Translations under genes and position numbers: made by a program
Origin: Candidatus Gastranaerophilales bacterium
Lineage (GTDB): Bacteria; Cyanobacteriota; Vampirovibrionia; Gastranaerophilales; Gastranaerophilaceae
Assembly: GCA_944324135.1 (NCBI GenBank)
Contig: CALUVE010000001.1
Coordinates: forward strand, 35,241 to 99,240
Length of the DNA: 64,000 nt
Direction of reading: 5' to 3'
Shown here: positions 58,484-64,000 of the stretch, piece by piece
Numbering within the stretch: the first letter of the stretch is position 1
Layout: the number at the start of each line of letters is the position of its first letter
The notes under the pieces: model-generated
Seen by the model: only the letters and a program-made list of their open reading frames with translations
The model's database searches: none
What the model was told of the DNA's origin: nothing

Positions 58484-60277
58484 ATGTCACTACAATTAAC
58501 ACGATTACAAGCTGCTTTGAACGGTGAACCGACAAACGGTGTTGTTCCTAAAAAATTAACACCGGAAGAAGAAGCGGCTAAAAAGAAAGCTCAAGAAGAA
58601 ATGATGTTTAACTTCAAAAAGGCATCAGAAGAATTAAGCAAAACTGACAATCTGGAATTGAACGGTAAGAAAAATAAAGAAAACCGTGAAATAAGATTGA
58701 ATGCTTTGGTAGATTATTTCCAGAACGGCTTTGGACTTACTGAAAAAGAAGCCAAAGAAGTTGCAGAACTTGCCTTGAAAGATGAACAGGCAGAAGAACG
58801 TGTTGAACACACAAGATTGTATTTCTATAAAGATAAATATAAAGCTAACAAAGACAAGGACAAAGAAGAAGGTTTTGAAGCAAAATACATCAAGAATAAA
58901 TCTGTAAGAAAAGCTATACTTGCAAGACCTGAATTGTTCTTTGTACAAAATCCGGACGGAACATTTGCACTTGATGAAAATAATCAAATGATATTTTCAC
59001 AGGCAAAATATAACAATACAATGCTTGAACATACAGGCGATTACAGAATGGAACTCAGTGAAAGAGCAAATCTTGCAGCTGAACTTGATATCAAAAAACG
59101 TAATGCTAAACAGATGGCAAAATACGGAAACTTTGATTATGAGAAAGACAGAACATGGCTTTACAGAGCAGCAGCAATTCTGGCAGGCACAGGATTAGGC
59201 ACTGTAGTCGGCGGAGTTCTCGGTAATTTCTCACACACAAACATCGACATAGCTCACCTGTCACAGGCTATAGATGCAGAAAACGGTGAATTACTTGCAG
59301 AAAAATTAAGAGAAATTTCAATCTCTGATAACAAGCTTAAACAGTTTGCAGCTGTCGGCGGCTTGAGCAGCTTACTCCCGTCAATAGCACTGTCAATGTT
59401 TATCAAAGACAGAGGTAAATCAAGCATTATGCAGACAACAGCAGAAAACATTGTTCAAAACGGTGTAAATTCTGTTAAAGGCGAAGATAACAAGAAACTT
59501 GTTTCAGGTATCTTAGAACTTATGGATGCTGCAGGTTTGAAAGATGAACAAAAAGTCAGATTGATAGAAATCACACAGGGTATCGCATCCGGTAAACATA
59601 CAACAGAACGTGAAATGGCTGCACTGGCAAAAGAAATGAAAGATATCCTGACAATTGAACCGCAGCCGGAACCGGAACCGGAAGACGAAGGCGGTGAAGA
59701 AGAAGTTGTTGTTACACCAACACCAACCCCGACACCAACTCCGGAACCTAAAGTTGAATACGGTGCACAAATTACACCTAGAGAAGAAACCAAAACAGAA
59801 ACAGAAGACGTATTCCAATACCACCATACATCAGGTGAATACTGGTCAGGTATTGCAAAAGAAATGTACGGAGTAGATGATGCAACAGCATACAAACTCG
59901 GTAAAGAATTGAAAAAACGTCACGGATATGCACCATCATCAGCAGATATGCCGAAGATTGTTAACCTCCCGAAAGAACTTCTTGGACACAAAAGAAAATA
60001 TGACAACGAAGATGAGGTTAAACGTATCAGAAGTAATCAGGCAAGTAACGGCAGACAAAGAGCAACAAGTTCATTCAAGCCTAATACAACAACAGTTACA
60101 ACAACTGTATATGATGGTTCTGTATCAAGAACAAAAAATCCTGATACTGAACAGGCTCAAACAGAGTCCAAACAGGTTAAGAAAGGTATGGAAGAAACAG
60201 AAGCAAAAGGCTGGTTGGAAAGAACTTGGCAGACAATCAAAGAAACACCTGAAAAAATCGCAAAACTTTTTGAGTAA
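58484..60277 (+). CDS. Hypothetical membrane protein with a Pro/Thr/Glu linker and a LysM-like segment
   Basis: ATG with an AAGGGG RBS. Two hydrophobic helices (AAAILAGTGLGTVVGGVLG, AAVGGLSSLLPSIALSMFI), the linker EPQPEPEPEDEGGEEEVVVTPTPTPTPTPEP, then YHHTSGEYWSGIAKEMYGVDDATAYKLGKEL. Confidence 0.5.
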   Translation: MSLQLTRLQAALNGEPTNGVVPKKLTPEEEAAKKKAQEEMMFNFKKASEELSKTDNLELNGKKNKENREIRLNALVDYFQNGFGLTEKEAKEVAELALKDEQAEERVEHTRLYFYKDKYKANKDKDKEEGFEAKYIKNKSVRKAILARPELFFVQNPDGTFALDENNQMIFSQAKYNNTMLEHTGDYRMELSERANLAAELDIKKRNAKQMAKYGNFDYEKDRTWLYRAAAILAGTGLGTVVGGVLGNFSHTNIDIAHLSQAIDAENGELLAEKLREISISDNKLKQFAAVGGLSSLLPSIALSMFIKDRGKSSIMQTTAENIVQNGVNSVKGEDNKKLVSGILELMDAAGLKDEQKVRLIEITQGIASGKHTTEREMAALAKEMKDILTIEPQPEPEPEDEGGEEEVVVTPTPTPTPTPEPKVEYGAQITPREETKTETEDVFQYHHTSGEYWSGIAKEMYGVDDATAYKLGKELKKRHGYAPSSADMPKIVNLPKELLGHKRKYDNEDEVKRIRSNQASNGRQRATSSFKPNTTTVTTTVYDGSVSRTKNPDTEQAQTESKQVKKGMEETEAKGWLERTWQTIKETPEKIAKLFE

Positions 60278-60335
60278 TGTAATCTCCCCAAATATAAAAA
60301 ACGGAAGAGCTCCTGAGAAATCAGGGGCTTTTTCG

Positions 60336-61586
60336 TTAAACAACAGTTACCCCGAAAGGAACGCTTTTGAGGTTATTTTTGACCCAGAAACCGTCAGCGG
60401 GTGCGAATTCACCGTTGAGTAGAAAGTAAGTTGAGCCGGAGCCGGACATAACAGAATCCGGATATTTATTTTTAATATCCTGAAGTTCTTCATAGTCGTC
60501 AATTACAGCCCATTCAAGGTCATTCAAAAACTCTTCTCTATGGTGTGGTACCCCCCCACCTAACCTCCCCCGCCGGTGGGGAGGAATATTAGTATCAGTA
60601 ATTATTTGTTCTAGATATTCCAAAACACTATCTATATTTTCAAAAATATCATTATTCCATATTCTTATAATCTTAAAACCTTGTGATTGCAAAAATTCAT
60701 CACGTTTTTTGTCAGATTCCATATGATTATTTTCGTTGTGTTGTCCGCCATCCAGTTCTATAATAAGTTTTTTCTCAAAACAAATGAAATCAACGATATA
60801 GTTGCCGATAATTTGCTGCCGTCGGAATTTAAGATTATGGAACTGTTTTTTTTGTAAATAGTACCATAAAATTTTTTCTGCTTCGGTCATTGCTTTTCGT
60901 AACTGTCTGGCGTGCAGAGTAAGATTTTTGCTTTGTGGATTTTTATTGGATGACTCCGGAGGTTTAATATTTGTTCCTCCCCCCTCTGTGGGGGAGGTCA
61001 GGTGGGGGGATTGTTGTTTTGCCGCAAATTTTGTGTAAGCTTCTTTTGCGCTAATGCCGAGATTTTTCGGCTTTATCAGAGAAACAGTAAATTCTTCAAA
61101 CGGCTGCTGTTCTAAAATTTCCCCTCTGCCGGAGGTCTTTTGCCGACCGCCCTCCAGACATAAATTCAAATCAGAACCCAAAGCGGCGCATAGTTCATGC
61201 AAATCTTTACGGCTCAATGGACGCATAAATATTTCGTTCAACCCGAACAGAGTCCCTGCGGCATCCGTGCTCCCGCCGGCAAGACCGGCTGCAACCGGTA
61301 TGTTTTTTTCTATGTAAATTTCAATCTCTGCATTTATTCCTGTCCGGTCTAAAAACAACGTTGCTGCTTTATGGACAAGATTTTTTTCGTTATAAGGAAT
61401 TTCGTCACTCGTGCCGGAGAGTTTAATTTCTGTCCGGTCTGATTTTAGTGCTGAGATTGTCAGGTAATCATACAGGCTGATTGTCTGCATTACGCTGTCT
61501 ATGTTATGAAACCCGTCTTGACGGCGGTTGAGAATTTTTAACGTCAGATTAATTTTTGCGGGACACCGGACTTTAATTTTTTCCAT
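60336..61586 (-). CDS. ispE: 4-diphosphocytidyl-2-C-methyl-D-erythritol kinase (IspE) carrying an in-frame ~154-aa DUF559 insertion
   Basis: N-terminal PAKINLTLKI, GHMP motif PVAAGLAGGSTDAAG, and C-terminal MSGSGSTYF. Residues ~193-346 are a DUF559 domain. Overlaps rsmA by 14 nt. Confidence 0.85.
   Translation of the reverse strand: MEKIKVRCPAKINLTLKILNRRQDGFHNIDSVMQTISLYDYLTISALKSDRTEIKLSGTSDEIPYNEKNLVHKAATLFLDRTGINAEIEIYIEKNIPVAAGLAGGSTDAAGTLFGLNEIFMRPLSRKDLHELCAALGSDLNLCLEGGRQKTSGRGEILEQQPFEEFTVSLIKPKNLGISAKEAYTKFAAKQQSPHLTSPTEGGGTNIKPPESSNKNPQSKNLTLHARQLRKAMTEAEKILWYYLQKKQFHNLKFRRQQIIGNYIVDFICFEKKLIIELDGGQHNENNHMESDKKRDEFLQSQGFKIIRIWNNDIFENIDSVLEYLEQIITDTNIPPHRRGRLGGGVPHHREEFLNDLEWAVIDDYEELQDIKNKYPDSVMSGSGSTYFLLNGEFAPADGFWVKNNLKSVPFGVTVV
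60551..61009 (-). mobile_element. DUF559 (Vsr-like PD-(D/E)xK endonuclease) cassette bounded by GC-rich hairpin inverted repeats
   Basis: 34-nt arms at 60551-60584 and 60976-61009 are inverted repeats, 19/20 identical over CCCCCCACCT(A/G)ACCTCCCCC. The enclosed sequence reads LRKAMTEAEKILWYYL..FRRQQIIGNYIVDFICFEKKLIIELDGGQH..IIRIWNNDI. Confidence 0.6.
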
Positions 61587-62418
61587 TTTTTAGTTCCTCT
61601 GACAGTTTTCCGAGAGTTTCTATTGAGAGGTTTTCAGCACGTGTGTTTTCGCCAAGCCCTAATTTTGCTATGGCATTTTGAATGTTTTCTTTTGAAAAAC
61701 CGCCGCTTAAAAGGCAGTTTTTAATATTTTTTCTCCGCTGGGAAAAGGCAGCTTTTACTGTTTTTCTAAAATGCGTATAGTCGCTCAATTCTATACGCGG
61801 CTTGTCTTTGATTACAAGTTTTACAAGCGCGGAATTTACTTTTGGTGCAGGATAGAAAGAACGGCGTCCCACCAGCCTGAAAATTTCAACATCTGCCCAG
61901 AACTGTGAAAGTATTGTTAACAATCCGTATTGTTTGGAGGGAGATTTTTCATCTGCAGCCATACGGCGGGCAACTTCTTCTTGCACCATGAGGATAATTT
62001 CAGTTATTTTGTTGCGGTTTTTGTTGTCTATGTCGTCTACTTCACCGAGCAGGTGGGCGATAATGGGGCTTGTAATATAGTACGGAATATTGGCAACAAC
62101 TTTTACTTTGCCCTCACAGAGTGAGGAAATGTCTGTTTTCAAAATATCATTATGGATTATTGTAAGATTTGGTGCATCAAGTTTTTCAAGTTCTTTTACC
62201 GCTTCTTCATCCAGCTCTATTGCAATGACTTTTCCGGCATGTTTTACCAGCTGTTCCGTTACAAACCCGACCCCGGGACCTATTTCTATTACTGTTTCGT
62301 CGGGTTTGATATCGGCTTTGTCAATGATTGCTTTAATCGCATCCCCGTCAATAAGAAAGTTTTGTCCGAGGCGTTTTTTTGTTCTGAAAAATTTTGCTCG
62401 TTCGAAGTAGTTAACCAT
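61573..62418 (-). CDS. rsmA: 16S rRNA (adenine1518/1519-N6)-dimethyltransferase RsmA/KsgA
   Basis: KKRLGQNFLID and VIEIGPGVGFVT SAM motifs, plus NIPYYITSPI. Start set at MVNYFERAK; the upstream 74 codons of the tracked ORF look non-coding. Confidence 0.85.
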   Translation of the reverse strand: MVNYFERAKFFRTKKRLGQNFLIDGDAIKAIIDKADIKPDETVIEIGPGVGFVTEQLVKHAGKVIAIELDEEAVKELEKLDAPNLTIIHNDILKTDISSLCEGKVKVVANIPYYITSPIIAHLLGEVDDIDNKNRNKITEIILMVQEEVARRMAADEKSPSKQYGLLTILSQFWADVEIFRLVGRRSFYPAPKVNSALVKLVIKDKPRIELSDYTHFRKTVKAAFSQRRKNIKNCLLSGGFSKENIQNAIAKLGLGENTRAENLSIETLGKLSEELKNGKN

Positions 62419-62509
62419 GGTACATATAATAACACAGACAGGTAAATGTTTGAAAGAGTATTTTCTGCTAGGTTTGATGATGTTATAATGAAAAACATAA
62501 GGGGGCATC

Positions 62510-63829
62510 GTGTACAACACAGAAACTAAGGAAAAACTTGAACTTTCACAGATAAGACAACTCTTCACTTCCGGATTTAAACCCGCTGATACCCACAAAA
62601 TCGGAATAGAATATGAGAGGCTTCCGATTTTTGCGGACACCTACAGAGCTGTTCCGTATGATGAGGGTGTGTGCAGCGTGTTGAGAACTCTTGCAAAAGA
62701 GGACAACTGGGATTATATTACAGATGACTTTAATATAATCGGTCTAAAGCAAAACCATGATACAATCACGCTTGAACCGGGATGCCAGTTTGAGTTGAGT
62801 TTAGAACCTCAGTTTACTATCAAAAATTTGGAAGAAAAAATCAACACTCTGAATAAAAAATTTGCTCCGGTGCTTGATAAATACGGCATAAAGCTTCTTG
62901 AATACGGAGTTTCTCCGGTTTCTACACATAAGTCAATCTCTCTGATTCCGAAAAAGAGATATCACATAATGGCAAGATATCTGTGGGGAATTTTATCTGA
63001 TGTAATGATGAGAGAAACAGCCGGAATTCAATGTTGTATTGATTTTGAATCGGAAGAAGACTTGATGAAAAAATTTGAAATCTCATCAAAACTGACCCCG
63101 TTTATCACAGCAATGTTTGCAAACTCTCCTATCCGCGGCGGGGTTTATACCGGATACAAGACGTTCCGCGCTCTCAGCTGGCTGAATACTGACAACGAAC
63201 GCTGCGGGTTTGCCGGTAATTTAAGAAAGGATTTCGGGATTGATGATTATATAAACAGTGTTCTGGATTCTCCGATGATTTTTATAAAACGCGAAAATCT
63301 CCCGATACAAATTAACGGCAGAATTACTTTCCGTGATTTTATGGCAAAAGGTTTTGAGGGGTTTGAGGCAGCGATGGAGGACTTTGAACTCCATGCCAAC
63401 CTGTATTTTCCGGAAGTCCGTATGAGAAATTTTATAGAAATCAGAAATCATGACTGTGTGGGAAAAGGTTTGCAGTATTCTCTGCTTGCTATATATAAAG
63501 GCATTTTGTATGACAAATATGCTATGGCCGAAATTGAAGAACTGATGAAAGATTTCTCAACAAGAGATTTGACAGAGCTGCGTTATAATGTCCCTAAAAG
63601 TGCTATGCAGGCGAAAGCCGGCAGATTTACGATATCCGAAATCGCACCGAAAATTCTGGAAATAGCTGAAAAAGCTCTTATTGGCGGCGGATATCACGAG
63701 GACGATTATCTTGTCCCGATTAAAGAGTATGTTGAAAAAGGGATTTGTCCTGCTGATGTTATTATCAGAAACTGGCATTCTCTCTGGGATAAGGATATTA
63801 ACAAACTGATTAAATATCTTTCTGAATGA
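62510..63829 (+). CDS. Glutamate--cysteine ligase family protein (GshA-like, plant/cyanobacterial-type or GCS2)
   Basis: GTG start. KIGIEYERLPI and later E/R-rich ligand positions are typical of gamma-glutamylcysteine ligase-family carboxylate-amine ligases; 439 aa. Confidence 0.55.
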   Translation: MYNTETKEKLELSQIRQLFTSGFKPADTHKIGIEYERLPIFADTYRAVPYDEGVCSVLRTLAKEDNWDYITDDFNIIGLKQNHDTITLEPGCQFELSLEPQFTIKNLEEKINTLNKKFAPVLDKYGIKLLEYGVSPVSTHKSISLIPKKRYHIMARYLWGILSDVMMRETAGIQCCIDFESEEDLMKKFEISSKLTPFITAMFANSPIRGGVYTGYKTFRALSWLNTDNERCGFAGNLRKDFGIDDYINSVLDSPMIFIKRENLPIQINGRITFRDFMAKGFEGFEAAMEDFELHANLYFPEVRMRNFIEIRNHDCVGKGLQYSLLAIYKGILYDKYAMAEIEELMKDFSTRDLTELRYNVPKSAMQAKAGRFTISEIAPKILEIAEKALIGGGYHEDDYLVPIKEYVEKGICPADVIIRNWHSLWDKDINKLIKYLSE

Positions 63830-64000
63830 TATCAGGATTTATAGAATAAAAAAAAGCTATGTACTTTTGAGGTGCATAGCTGTTGATTAGGGATATGTGT
63901 ATCTTAGTCTCTAAGGAGTATGGTTTTATATTATCAGACCAAATTTAAAATGAAATCATACGTTTTTATGATGTTTTATTTTTGTTAAATATTGTAAAAA

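Noticed and set aside
59641-59760. The short tandem DNA repeats (CCGGAA, ACACCA) could be an independent repeat element.
   Set aside because: They are in-frame coding low complexity within the 58484-60277 ORF. They are noted only as a possible source of linker-length variation.
59455-59895. Minus-strand ORFs (146 and 104 aa) and a plus-strand alternate-frame ORF lie over the Pro/Thr linker region.
   Set aside because: They arise from the repetitive, stop-poor DNA encoding the PT/PE linker. Their translations are homopolymeric (GVGVGV, SSS, RFRFR).
60551-60584. The GC-rich hairpins CCTCCCC/GGGGAGG could be intrinsic terminators.
   Set aside because: They lie inside an uninterrupted 416-codon ORF, have no adjacent U-tract, and occur as a mirrored pair flanking the DUF559 domain.
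60551-61009. The insert in ispE could be an intein.
   Set aside because: At ~154 aa it is too small. It lacks HINT splicing blocks (no Cys/Ser N-junction with His-Asn C-junction context). It matches DUF559 end to end and is bounded by DNA-level inverted repeats, which points to a DNA element rather than a protein-splicing element.
62419-62640. The tracked rsmA ORF has a 74-codon N-terminal extension (355 aa).
   Set aside because: The extension is hydrophobic and low-complexity, unlike KsgA, and overlaps the divergent gshA-like start. The canonical KsgA N-terminus (KKRLGQNFL) follows the internal MVNYF start at 62418.
63857-63886. A hairpin, AGCTATGTAC/GTGCATAGCT, follows the gshA-like gene and could be its terminator.
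   Set aside because: The stem has a mismatch and no U-tract follows on the plus strand. The A-run lies upstream, so if functional it would serve a minus-strand gene beyond the window. This is not enough support to annotate it.

Overview
This is a 64-kb, AT-rich chromosomal window (roughly one-third G+C by eye, not computed), densely coded on both strands, with about 60 supportable CDSs. I found no rRNA, tRNA or CRISPR. The gene content indicates a diderm bacterium: two TolC-family outer-membrane factors, HlyD/MFS efflux, a LolA-like protein, and an LpxL-type acyltransferase. Several features suggest a non-photosynthetic relative of cyanobacteria (Melainabacteria-like). These are the dnaN-linked origin built from a one-base variant of the cyanobacterial DnaA box, a MEP-pathway ispE, a GshA-like ligase and the low G+C. 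This lineage call is inference only.

Housekeeping genes:
- Replication and repair: priA (partial), dnaN, recJ, dnaB, a Xer-type recombinase.
- Translation and GTPases: der, engB, metG, rsmA.
- Metabolism: aroB-aroK, pncC, ispE, a galK-galE-galT operon, 3-oxoacid CoA-transferase A/B, CoA-disulfide reductase-rhodanese, thioredoxin.
- Efflux: a marR-emrA-emrB/OMF module.

The largest functional block (about 4.6-20.6 kb) is an aryl-polyene (APE)-type type II PKS/FAS-like lipid cluster, translationally coupled to two glycosyltransferases, a ferredoxin-nitroreductase and a TSCPD protein.

Observations most worth a second look:
1. A complete DUF559 endonuclease cassette, bounded by GC-rich hairpin-forming inverted repeats, is inserted in-frame inside ispE.
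2. oriC has seven perfect TTTTCTACA boxes.
3. A 169-bp MITE-like element with terminal inverted repeats and a flanking direct repeat abuts the galK promoter.
4. An orphan consensus promoter plus intrinsic terminator pair may encode a ~50-nt sRNA.
5. Four adjacent unknown genes carry JAB-like, kinase-like, DUF1311 and GNAT-like signatures.

All domain calls come from motif recognition by eye; no searches were run.
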